DNA of 63,962 nt, counting the filler, from Gonapodya sp. JEL0774 (taxonomy: Eukaryota): NCBI GenBank assembly GCA_027604505.1. It is 4 parts of 4 records of this genome, joined end to end, with 100 filler letters (N's around TTAATTAATTAA, not from the genome) between each part and the next. Parts side by side here need not be neighbours in the genome. Positions count along the whole stretch, not along the records: positions 1 to 17,826 come from JADIIX010000266.1; positions 17,927 to 35,732 come from JADIIX010000267.1; 2 more parts are not named here. One strand, written 5' to 3'. Of the stretch, positions 13,636-26,908 are shown one piece after another. Position 1 is the stretch's first letter. Each line of letters begins with the position of its first letter. The notes beneath the pieces were generated by a model. It saw nothing but the letters and a program-made list of their open reading frames with translations, searched no databases and had not been told where the DNA came from. The position numbers and the translations under genes were made by a program.

Positions 13636-15922
13636 ATGAACCCAGAACACAACACAAATTTCCGAACACACGGGAACGACGTTGCCAATCCAGACCCAAC
13701 AGGAGTCGCTCCCCCTTCTCAAGCTTTTTCACACGCAACACCCAGCACATCGATGGAAACTATCAGTGGTGCCACCCTCCAACCTCCAAGTAACCCAATG
13801 ACGACGCAAAAATCGGTCGACGACCTGAGCGTGTACGCCTCTGGCTATGAATCCGAGGGTACCCAAGGGATGCTCAGTAGCCAGTCTCCTGTGTCGCCCA
13901 ATGTGGAATCTTCCTTTTCTTATCTGGTCAGCCAGTCTGATGCCGCACAGGATGCGGGCACGAGTCCCACTAATGTCGACCGGGATACGGCCCGGCAATC
14001 AAAGTCTCGTGCACGGATGTTTGGGCTCATTGGCGCCATAGTATTAGTTGCCGCGGGACTTGCCATTGGACTTGGAGTAGGTTTGACTGTGAACAGAAAT
14101 TCCTCGAATACCACAGCGCAGGTGAGGGACACGTTCGATGCTCACGGGGATTTCTCATTCACCTCGGCAAACTCGCTTGCAGGTGGTAGTCGGTGGTACA
14201 AACGCGCAAGGTAATAGCACCCTGGCCACAACAATTGCAAGTGGTGTGGGAGCGAGTGCAACCTCCACAACAACCATCGCGCCAAGTTCGACATCCCCTG
14301 CTACCACCACCGCAGCTGCATCGCCTTCCCCCGATGCTGGAGCTCGACCACTCAAAAACCTTGATGTCATTCGAGGTGTGAACATTGGTGGGTGGATTGT
14401 CGTGGAGGTGAGTTCAAACTCGAACTGCTCCGATGCTCCAACAGGATTGATGAAACAACAATATGCGCGTTCAAGGCATACATCAATCCGAAGCTCTTTA
14501 CTCTTCCCAATGGTACGCGCGTTCGAGATGAATGGACTCTGTGCTCAGTGTTGGGGAAAGAAGCAAGCACCGCTCTCTTTGAGAACCATTACAACACTTT
14601 CATCACCGAAGATGACATCCGACAGATATCTGATGCTGGTTTGAACTTGATTCGGTTCGTGGTGTCTCTCAGACGTTCCCTCTGTGACTTTCTATGCTGA
14701 AACGGGCTCTTGTTAAAACCTTCAGCATTCCCGTCAACTACTGGGCAATAAATGCAGTCTCCTCCGAACCGTACCCGGAAAACATTGGTTGGAAGTATGT
14801 CGACCGTGTCCTCGGGTGGGCCCGCAAGTACGGATTGAACGTGAAGTTCGATCTTCATTCGGCGCCTGGTAACCAGAACCCATGGGGTTTGAGGTGAGTC
14901 CGCAACACCTTGCGTAGGGACAGGGTTTTTTGTAATTGTGACTCTTCTTTATCGAAACGTTTAGTGGCCGCGAGGGATTTTTCGACTGGCAGTTCAACTC
15001 AGACAAATATTTCAACCGCACCACTGCAACCTTGGAGATGATGATTCAAGCAATCGCCGGTCCCAACTATACCCACGTAAAATACTTCGAATTGCTGAAT
15101 GAGCCCACGCTGTACTCCCTGGATGCGACCAACAAAGCAAAGGTTTACGGCTGGTACGCTGAAGTTCTTGGCAAGCTTCGCGGCATTCTCTCGGACAGGA
15201 CCAGGTACCCATCCGGGGGACCAGCGCTTGGAATCAACGACGGTTTTGAGTTTTTAAATGTGCTAAACGGCCAGACGCCTACTGCAGCTGGCTTGGGAGA
15301 CATTTTTATGGACTTCCACTTCTATTCCATGTTCACTTTGACGGAGCTTCAGTTGTCGTGGCAGGTGAGCCATGCTGTCTCGAGTGTATTACCAGTGCTG
15401 CTGTTCTCATTCGAAACCCGAATCAGGATCGAATGAACTACGCTTGCACAACTTGGGCTGGGGAATTATCTACCTATAATAGAACTCGTGCTCCCACCAT
15501 GGTTGGGGAGTTTTCTGCCGCCTACACAGACTGCACCCAATACCTGAACGGGATGTACGAGAATTCTCGTAGCGACGGAACGTACCTAGCATCCCCGTAC
15601 CCCAACACGTGCAACTGCACTTGTTTGAGTCCCGAGATGAGCGACTACCGAGTTTTTACCCCCGCAAAGAAGGCACTGATGCGTCAATGGGCTGAAACTC
15701 AAATGGACATGGCGGAAAAAAACGGCATTGTGGGTGATCCTTCATGTTATCGCGAGAATGATACACCATGATACATATACTGTTTGCCCGTAGGGATGGG
15801 TTTACTGGACGTGGAAGATTGAAGATGACAAGGCGCCAGATTTCAACTACAAGCTCGGTCTTGAAAATGGGTGGCTTCCAACCGATCCTTCACCAGCCGG
15901 CCGCATATACGGATGCCCCTAG
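13636..15922 (+). CDS. Glycoside hydrolase family 5 (exo-beta-1,3-glucanase-like) with N-terminal TM anchor, multi-exon
   Basis: TM helix LIGAIVLVAAGLAIGLGVGL and a Ser/Thr stalk, then IRGVNIGGWIVVE, DEWTLC, HYNTFITEDD, DLHSAPG, acid/base FELLNEP, DFHFY, nucleophile VGEFS and GWVYWTWK. Stop TAG at 15920-15922. Confidence 0.92.
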
Positions 15923-16248
15923 GTCTCGATTCTACGCTCCATGAGATTTCGTATGGATTGCAACGCACGCAGTAACGTCACACTGAAGTGTCGTCTGAGC
16001 AATCGGAGCACTCTTATACAACTATACTAGTCATTTATCACCCTGTGAGACCACTTTTTTTTTTGCATTATATTATACCACACGCTGCAGAATATACGGG
16101 GATTCAAATACATAAATACGTAATGAATTATGAAAAAAATAGTCCGGCTGACTAGAAGCAGACGCTGCTGACTCACTGTCTGACGACCTTTATGACCTGA
16201 TAACACTCAAGCTCATTCCGTTGAGCTTCTTTTCCACCAACCATCAAC

Positions 16249-17045
16249 ATGGCATCGCAAAAACAGCAGCCGGTGGATCAAATTGAACGTGTCGTGGGCT
16301 CCTGTGAGTTTCTTGTACAATACGCAATCAGGGTCCTCAGACCGTTTCCAGCAGCACATGCACAGGAGAGTTCGCGAATCCGTAGACAAGGTGATGGACA
16401 AAGAACGAAAAATCGAGCTGTGCTGCTATGCTATCTTTGTAAGATTGTCACGGGATGAAATTGTTGCGTTCTGATGTTGATCAGTCCGGGGTCGGACACT
16501 CCAGGCATTCCATTCACCACTTAACTGTGCCTGTCACCCCGCAGTATCTTCATTCTCGAGTCAAGTGGATCCGATGCCGCATTTTATGGCCTCTGCGACG
16601 TGAGATTTTACTCGGCTGAGAGACACCTATTCCATTATATCTGATACATAACACCTCAACTCCAGCTGTCTTGGAGGAGGTAGGCTATCAAGTGCTCCCC
16701 TTGAAGCAGATCTTGTTTTGCGTGCTCTGCTCCTGCACCTCTCTGACTTTTGTGTCCACCACAAAACCAGGTCTTTACTCGCATTTCGCAGGGAAATCTC
16801 GCTTTGGACTTCTCTCTGCTGTTCTTGGTGCTGGCTACTTGTATTCCGGGTGGGTGCTTCTCCCCAGGTGGAAGCCAAATATTACCTGCGACTTTAAACC
16901 CGTCCTCCCTCGTGTATTCAATAATATGCCCACAAATAATTCGTTTCGTGCGTGCCGAAGTCAACTAATTGGCTCTTACCACTCCAAGCGTTCTGATGTA
17001 AAGGCTGGATATGACTTGGCCACAGGTGACACACTTCGTCTTTGA
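16249..17045 (+). CDS. Small hypothetical multi-exon gene
   Basis: ATG at 16249 followed by repeated GTGAG/GTAAG...CAG intron patterns. Exon peptides include QQHMHRRVRESVDKVMDKERKIELCCYAIF. 3' end uncertain. Confidence 0.3.
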
Positions 17046-17826
17046 CTCCGAGAGCAAGATTGGAAGCAGCATTCAATGTTTGATTCGTCGTGCGGTGTCT
17101 CCATGTGTCACTATTACCTAGCCACTTCCGCTGCTCTAACGGTTGCTTCCTTGCCTCTAATTGTCCGCTCTCCCGGTAAACGTTGTTGCAGACTCACAAG
17201 GAGTTTTCCACGATTTTGACAACCATCTTTTCGTTTGTCTAATACATAGACTTCTTTTATACAGTCCTAGCGGGTGTTGGAACTGTGTCCTTCATGGCGA
17301 ACGGCTCCAAGTCGTACCAGCTCCGAACAGGGTACCCGAAAGTGAGTGCTTAATCTTACAGGAGACTATATTGCTGCATTTTCCATGCATTAACTGTCAT
17401 GTCCGTGGAATGTCTGAATTGGTATATTCCTATGCTGCTGAAAGGAGCCACAGTTCTAGCCCGCTGTCTCACGATTTGAGTAGTACGGTGATCTTATCCA
17501 AGGCTTGAAACAGTTATCAGGATGTTGTAATAGTGATTTGGAGTGAAATCAACCCACGCGCTTGTTATGACACCCAGCCCATCCTGCAACTCAGCATGGG
17601 GCCCTCTGAGAAACTGGGTCGAGATGTCTTTTTCCTGTTTTGCAAAGCAAGAAAATTAAAGTATAGAGATGTCAGAGTTTCCATAATTGGAATTTCAGTA
17701 CTTTGGTGAAATGAGTTCAGGTTGGGGTGTCATGGGGGCGGCCTGTAAATACAGCTAAACAAGTATTTACATGAGAATCCCAAAAAGGGGTGTTTTGTCA
17801 TCGACCGAGCAAAAACAACCCAGCAA

Positions 17827-17926
17827 NNNNNNNNNNNNNNNNNNNNNNNNNNNNNNNNNNNNNNNNNNNNTTAATTAATTAANNNNNNNNNNNNNNNNNN
17901 NNNNNNNNNNNNNNNNNNNNNNNNNN
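17827..17926. other. Artificial contig linker N44-TTAATTAATTAA-N44
   Basis: Exactly 100 bp. The central palindromic 12-mer puts stops in all six frames. Identical to the other two gaps. Confidence 0.97.
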
Positions 17927-18311
17927 GATTAATGCGCCTAGGACGGCCGAGTCGAACACAACACAGTGGGCCGAAAACGTCCAGCACGATGACCACGATG
18001 TCAGCGAGCCAGGCGGATTCGTCATCCGGCGATAATAAATCATGGTGGTGAGGACGAGGAGCAGGGTTGAGAGCGAGGCCATGGAGTGAGATGGCGGTGG
18101 GTGCAAGGCAAAACAGTTTGGGACAGAGTGGCGAGGGACGGATGATTGGTCTAGGGGTCCAGTGGATCGCGAGGTGCAGGGTGAAGACTGTCGCGCGCTG
18201 CAAACTGGGGCCGAATGAAATTGAGTACTTTTCAACTAAATATTACAGTAATTAATTCATTGCTGAGAGAACTAAAAACAGTCTGCCGAGAAACACACCC
18301 ACACGATGTAG

Positions 18312-19819
18312 TCACGGGGGCGCAACCGCCAACGAGACTTCCGATCCCCGGGCCTCCATCACCCCTCTACCGCCCACTCCCGACGCACCTGGGGGAGGTC
18401 TGTCAATCAGCCCCGTCGACATCTTCGATTCTCCCTCGAACACTCCACCCGCACCCAACGCAGCACTCGACTGGGGCGCTCCAACCACGCTGCGACTCGC
18501 CAGCAGGACCGACAACTCAGCCTCCCTGAGTCCGTCCGCGAACGCACGGTAGTACGCGACGGTGGCAAAGGTCTGTGCGATCTGGTTGCCGAAGATGAGG
18601 GTGTACATCAACAGCGGAGACGCGGAGGTTGCTGCGACCAGGGCGCTGCCGACCGTGCCCAGAATCGTCAGCGCCATGGAGGAGAGACTGTTGGCCATGA
18701 GCTGCATTGTCGCGAGCATGCGTGACAGTCCCGGGTTTGCCGCCGTCAGCGCTGTTCTTGCGGATACTTGACCGATCCCGCTGCCGGCACCCTTCTTGCC
18801 CGACCCGCCCGCCTGGCTGATCCTCGCGCTCGCCATCACTTTCTTGATGGACTCGCTGTGCTTCCTCAGGTAGTATATATGCAGGCCCAAAAAAGCTGCC
18901 GTGGTGAGCACGAGGAGACCTTGGTTTGCCGCCGTCGCGAGTGTTCCGACCACGCCGGCTGGAGCGGGTGCGCAGAAGCAGGGCAGGACGCGCGTACTGG
19001 AGAAGTACACGCATTGCCTGTTGTGATTCCGTTCATGGGAGTAGTGATAGAGGGCCCGGGACCGCCGCAGGATTCCGCCGCAGTGAAATATTGACATATT
19101 GAGATGAAATCGACGTGACGTGGGATGGTCACATAGCAGACTCATCTACCCACCACAAACTCGCCACAAACTCTGCTCCCACCAAAACGCCCATGACGAC
19201 GGACACGACCGGGTTCTTGTTGGATAATGCGCGGACTCGGAGCCAGTATGTCACCAGTTGGGACACGAAGCCGAACGACCAGAACACGCATGCGAGTCTG
19301 GGGAGGTGGGTGGGGTGTGGGGTAAGTGAGAGGTGGGGGCGATGCACGTGCAGCGGAGAGGGGTTGATGTCATGAGGGACTTGTTGCATTTCCAGAGCCC
19401 AGCAGTAACCTCTCCCCCACCCTGACGTACTGCATGCTCGGATTACACCACCCTGTACTCCCAACGACAAAAAACACACTACCCAGACCGAACGAGGCAA
19501 GCGTCGCGGTGCAAAGGTACAGAAGTGTAGGTGGGAAGTTGCGGAGATCGGGGCTTGTTGCGGAGCAGAGCAAATGTGGGAATTGGGATGGGCGGTAGCG
19601 GTTGACGGTGGAGTCGGGAAGAGAACCAAGCACGGGGAAGCACTCACATGAAGGCGATCAAGATGATGAACTGCGACACGCCTCTAGATCAGCCAAAGTC
19701 CGTTGCGTCAGTTCGACGTGGTCCCGTCTCGTTACCGCGTCCTCATGCCAGAGGGCAACGCTTACCTACCCTGTCAACGCTAGCGCATTCACAAGAACCT
19801 GCATCTGGGTCAGCTGCAT
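18312..19819 (-). CDS. Multi-pass (GPCR-like) membrane protein, multi-exon
   Basis: ATG at 19819 (MQLTQMQVLVNALALTG). Successive exons encode hydrophobic helices: VFWSFGFVSQLVTYWLRVRAL, VVSVVMGVLVGAEFVASL, GLLVLTTAAFLGLHIYYL, LSSMALTILGTVGSAL and LLMYTLIFGNQIAQTFATVAYY. A low-complexity tail follows. Confidence 0.65.
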
Positions 19820-20313
19820 GGCTGGTACATCGGTGTCGATTGCATTGGGAAGGTCCATCGTGTCTCAACGACTGTAGCTCGTGCGTCCGATGGCGGCTGC
19901 TAGGGGTCGGGGGCGGCGGGGCGATTGCCGGGGTGCGCTGCTTCGCGGGCGAGGGAGTCAGAGGCGCTGATGAACGCGGGAGTTGGTTTTGACGGTAGCC
20001 GGGTCGACGATGGTGTCTATCGGTGAGGCAGCCTCCGCCAGCGTCTGCGCGCTTTGCCCGTCTTCGCCGATCACATTGCGCGGTCCGGTCCACGTCCCAC
20101 CAAGAAACTGTACACGCTTGGATGCCCATTCTGTTCTTCCCCTTTGCGCCCGCCGTGCTGCCTCTTCCGGTCTCGTGCGGGACAGACGTGTTGTGTTTGG
20201 GTTGAAATGAGAACATACAGTTCACGTTGGCAGTTCTAGCTGTGTGGACCACAGCCATGGAACTAACTTTCTCTTTATAACACTACCAGCGTTCCAACGT
20301 CGATTCCTCTGTG

Positions 20314-22084
<1,771 letters not shown>

Positions 22085-22380
22085 AAGGACACCGTCGAGG
22101 ACAAAACTCCAAGTTCTCAGGTAATGGAAGTCAAAGCTTGAAGTGTACTACAACTGTGACTGCATCAAAATGTACATAGGGGAATGTTCTCCCGCGACGC
22201 ATGCGATTGACATGATTATATGAATACAACTCGCTGCCAATTCTGGTCCGTGTATCTCAAAAGACTTATGTAACGGAGACGACTTTTGTCCCACGTTGTG
22301 TTCTCGGTGGAAGTTGCGGAGAGCGGCCACTCAATTCTTCTGCTGAAACAAAAGGTGCCCAGTTATGAGTAATCGGAGAT

Positions 22381-22780
22381 CAGCGATGATGCGCTCGCTG
22401 CAAAACCATCAAATATTGTGTTGAAGAGTGTCAGAGGCAGGTGAATTCCGTCATCACGTGTTGCGTTCTATGATCATACTGTACGAGAATTGAAACAAGA
22501 TACAAAATACGATTGGACGCGACACAAGAAAGATTGCAAATCCCCCAGCACATCAGTCGGTTCAAGCGCTAGCACACCCATCTCCGATGACGATACTCCC
22601 CCTCGCAAACACGCCTCCAAACCGAAACCGTCGGAAAACAATCCACCGCCAAGTGTCCCACCTTCGTTCCAAGATCCCAACAAAAGGCCCAAGGAATACA
22701 CTGTGGAGGTGCCGGATGCGAACCTTGCGATAACCACCAAGACAATGAATGACACCGGGGTTTCTCAAAGAGGTTGGTGA
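22381..22780 (+). pseudogene. zf-MYND domain gene fragment
   Basis: 22390-22440 translates CARCKTIKYCVEECQRQ followed by a GT donor. 22511 onward reads DWTRHKKDCK. An in-frame TGA lies immediately before the first Cys, and the expected AG acceptor reads AC. Confidence 0.65.
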
Positions 22781-23105
22781 AATTCTGGGCGCCAAGATGT
22801 CTTCCGGTCATTGAATAAGGGTACGAGAGTACGAAGAACTGCAAATATGAATTCAACTTACATTAGTGAGTCCGTGAGGGATTGCTGTACTCACAATACA
22901 ATGTGGCTTGTTTCTGAATTTCAGTGAGATTTTTAGTGCGAAAGAAGACATCTCCGCACATATTCGCGCCTCATCCCACCGGTGGTTGAGGGATGAATGT
23001 TTTGCAACAACATTTTATTCACTACAAAAACATCAAAGAGAAACTTCCACTTAGAACCCTCTGAACTAATGAGCCACACTGCAGTTTCGGATGGGGACCA
23101 GCCAT

Positions 23106-23691
23106 TCAAGCGTCTGCAGGCAATTCCGGATCTATACGGCAAGTCTCATCGAAACATCCAAGCGGTGGACCGCCGCCGCCACCCTCGTATGGTGGTGGAG
23201 GTGGTGGCGCATCTGCCAAACATGTATCGTCTGGGCAATCTACCGGTGCCGGTGGAGGCGGCGGGGGCGGAGGCGGTGGCGGTGGCCACCGATCCGGGGC
23301 ATCCCAACAAAAGATCCAGATACAGTGTTGTGGTGGTGGATTGAGCACACAGTGACCATTGACACCTGACAGGGCAAGCGTTATATGAGTGCACCTACAT
23401 CGGGTCTCTGCTCACGCAACACCCATAACGTGTTCACTAACATGTTTCATCTTCAGAACAATCAATCTCCTCTCCATCTGAACTTATCTTCACACAATCA
23501 CTGTCCGAGCGTCTCTTTGGTGTAATGTCGCCTAGGTGTACTGATGGGCGACGTGCGTCGGGGATCGCAGCCCCTTCCACGATCAAATGCGTTCGAGGAG
23601 CGAAAGATGTCGATGCGTTAAGTACAGTAACAATCGATAGCAAGGCCACGAGCCAGCGGGTGCCGCGAAGTGAGAAATCTCCAGCGGCCAT
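23106..23691 (-). CDS. Small secreted Cys/Pro-rich protein (2 exons)
   Basis: Signal-like WLVALLSIVTVLNA and a dibasic KRR. An intron at about 23366-23441 joins DCSEDETC to VNGHCVLNPPPQHCIWIFCW. Poly-Pro runs, CPDDTC and CFDETC follow. Confidence 0.65.
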
Positions 23692-24254
23692 GACACGGGT
23701 GATCGAAACCGTGTTGGGCCTTTTGCAAGTCGGGTTTCCACGAGGAGAGTTTGGCGGCTGAAAGACTGGTAAATTATGTCGTATTTGAATGGATCGAATA
23801 TGGACGGCTGTGTTGTTCCTTTGTTCGTCTTAGTTCAGGCACTTCACAGTTGTTGAGGGCAAATCTGCCAAGACATGAGACGATGAACACACCAACACCG
23901 CCCAGAGCCAACAATTCAGAGCTGCATCGCGTTTTTCGCGTTCTTCTATCAGAGACTGTGGGTTAGCAAAGCCAAAACTCAGCCGTTTTTCAAACAGAAC
24001 ATGGATCACCCACACCTCGGCTCCACTAAATTTCAGATTGCAGCGGAGGTACCACAACTCCACAACTCCACCAGCACACATGAACGCGTAGCTATTCTAG
24101 TAATCTCCAGAGATTAGAAATGCATGGTGTGTTCGCAGCTCTCTTTGAAGAGCTCCACGTTGCGCTTGATGGATGTCCAGTCGTGCACTGACGCGGGCAG
24201 AATAACTATTCTATTTTTTTAATGAATTCATATGCAAAAAAGAATTAAGCAACA

Positions 24255-25960
24255 GTCTGACGTCACTGCAACTTTGCTTGACCCTGCGCGAAACCTATCC
24301 TTGCTGACATCGATGCAATCCCAAGGAAGGAGGGAAGTAGTGTCTCGCCGCCCGCCCAGTAGACACAGGGACTGCAGCGTCGGAATCCTGTGGAAGGACG
24401 AAGAACGGAAATAAGCACACAGCAACGTTAAGAAAGGTTCTGAGTGGCTTACATGGGCGGGGTTTTTCCCGAGTTCGACACAGACGTTTTGCCTCACGAA
24501 CACATATAAAGGAACGAGAAGTCAGGGATACCTACACAAGCGTAAGTAGATACAAAAATGGCAGTAGAAACAGTATCACAATAAACTCGCTGGGAAACGA
24601 GTGGGCTGAGTCTGTGAACGTTAGCCGTTCAGACCTCGAACGTTGCTCGGGGACCACCACAGGGAGGTGTTCTATCCAAAAGCCAAAGAAGCGGAGTTAT
24701 CGGAAAGTTCGCCTGAGTGAACACGAGGAGGATGGAAACAGCTGTGTTACTCACCACAATACAGGCCATGTACAAGCGTCACTGGTCAACGGAGGGACGC
24801 TCTCCGGATAAAAGGTAACCATCACAAATCTAGCTCCATAATTATCCTATGACTGGCGCACAATCGCGACCCTCCGTGACGCGCCGTGTGCTTAACAGTG
24901 TCCCGATGTCTAACCCTTTCCTCCTTTGCGGTCGAGTGAATAGGCGACCCCAAAGTAGACGGGTACCAGCCGCCTAATTCGACGTCCCGCAACCTCGCTC
25001 AACACGGCGCGGGCGACTTTCCTTGCTTGCTCAGTGCCATGCTCAGGGAGGGCCGGTGAGGTGTTCCGCCGCCCTGACTGAAACAGGGTCTGCCGCGCGG
25101 GAATCCTGCGAAGGACAAAAGCCCTGGGATAAGCATGCAATAACGTTTGGAATAAGTTTCGACTGGCTTACAATGGCGGGGTTTCCTCTCGAGTTTGAAA
25201 CAAATCTTTGAGTCACGGATGCAAAGAAAGGAACAAGGAGTCAGGGATTCCTACACAGAAATAAGTAGAGCAAAAGATATCAGCAGAAACAGCATGACGA
25301 TGAACTCGCAGGAAAACGAGCAGGGTGAGTGTCTGTGAACGTTCGCCGTTCAGGTGCCAAATGAATGGGACCTCGAACGTTGCCCGGGGACCACCACGGG
25401 GAGTTGCTCTGTTTGAAAGCCAAAAAAAACGCGGAGTTATCGGAAAGTTAGCTTGAGAGAACGAGGCAGACGAGAACAGCTGTGACACTCACCACAATAC
25501 GGTCTCCATGTACGAACAAGCGCCACCGTCCACGAAGGGACACTCTCCTGATCCAAGGGTGTCGTCCCATAGTTGGCCGTCGATAATTCGAACTTGGCGC
25601 TCGATGGCGACCCTCCGTGATGCGTCGTGTGCTTACAAGTGTCCAGATGTCCCGCCTTTCCTCCTTTGCGGTCGAGTGAACAGGTCCCCCAAAGTAGATG
25701 GCTACTTCGACGTCACCGCAACCTTGCTTGACACTGCCCGCGCCTTTCCTTGCTGACGTGAGTGCCATGCCAAGGAAGGAGGCATGTAGTATCTTGCCGC
25801 CCAGTTGAAACAGGGACTGCCGCGCGGGAATCCTAGAAGAGAAAGGTACACATGAGCTCCAGTATAGATGACGTTTGAGATGGCTACTCTGCACTTACAT
25901 GGGCGGGTGTGGTCACATACAGATTCGAATTATGTGTGTTCGGACACATGGGAATGAAGG
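24255..25960. repeat. Diverged tandem duplication, about 720-bp unit, about 2.4 copies
   Basis: Shared anchors: gtcagggat at 24521 and 25240; gacctcgaacgttgc.cggggaccaccac, gcggagttatcggaaagtt and tttcctcctttgcggtcgagtgaa in two copies; gacgtc..gcaac and acaggg..tgc...ggaatcct in three copies; cttacatgggcggg at about 24449 and 25894. Confidence 0.9.
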
Positions 25961-26908
25961 AGAGTGAGGTGAGCCCTGCACGTACAAACTTTGTGTCACC
26001 ATATCATCTCAAACAGAATCTTCTTTCCGAAAAATAATCACACAAATGTGGTTGCAACGGTATATGTCTTTTCACGAGCGAGCGACTCCAATACTTGACT
26101 GAGGCTTCTCAATTGGATCACGCATCGTTCGCATAATTACAGGATTTCTGTAACTGGAACACACAACAGAGACTAAAACCACTTTCACTTTTTTGGGGTC
26201 ATCTTACTATCTTCCCGTTGCTTTGGTTGTTTTTGTCGGGGTTGACGGAGTGAAGTGGAGCCTGGGGAATCGATCCGGTGCACCATCCGTTCTCGTACCG
26301 GGATCTTTCACTGTTTCCATAACATTCATTTTCCATATCCGGTCATCACAGCAGCGACCGTTCACACAGCGCGTTTGCGCTGGTTCGACTAATAAAATTC
26401 GGACGTTCGGAATTCGCTGTTGATGACACACCAGACGACTCGAAATCGGCGAGATATTTGACCCCCCATTGATTACTGAATGCTGATGTTTCATATCTTC
26501 GGCGAGGTCGCCTCAACTAGCTCTTCTCGTATGTGATGTCTCGCCCAATTCACCGTGATGCCCAATCGCGCTTATCTAAACACCAAGGCCTCTCGACATT
26601 GCCATTAAACGAAACAACTCGCAAATTCACTGGTGTGTGCTCCGATCTGCATCGCGAGAGGGCGAAGAGGAGTTTGCAAGTAACAGTCGCTGAGGTTCCG
26701 ATCCAAAACGGACATCCACGCTGTCTGCACTAGCCACGAAGGCCCTCCTCACTAGTTTACTTTTGATCAATCCGTGCACTCTGCGACTGCACACTAGAGA
26801 CTTGCTTCCTTTGATTGTGTTCAACGGACCGGCAATTGTCCATTATCGAGCTCAACTCCAATGAAAAGTCATTAATCACCCAAAGAAGAGTCCATGTTCC
26901 AGCTCTGA

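Noticed and set aside
2110..15922. SDR, amidotransferase and GH5 as a metabolic gene cluster
   Set aside because: No backbone enzyme, transporter or regulator, and the genes are separated by unrelated DNA.
17871..17882. TTAATTAATTAA as a piggyBac TSD or biological palindrome
   Set aside because: It is embedded identically in N-runs three times, so it is an assembly linker.
17927..18100. Hydrophobic minus-strand ORF as a tandem paralog of the membrane protein
   Set aside because: Truncated by the gap, with no demonstrable similarity.
25690..25756. DGYFDVTATLL as a KilA-N/APSES motif
   Set aside because: Too short, and not conserved in frame across the repeat copies.
24255..25960. CRISPR-like array
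   Set aside because: Units are about 720 bp and diverged, with no short identical repeats and spacers; eukaryotic context.
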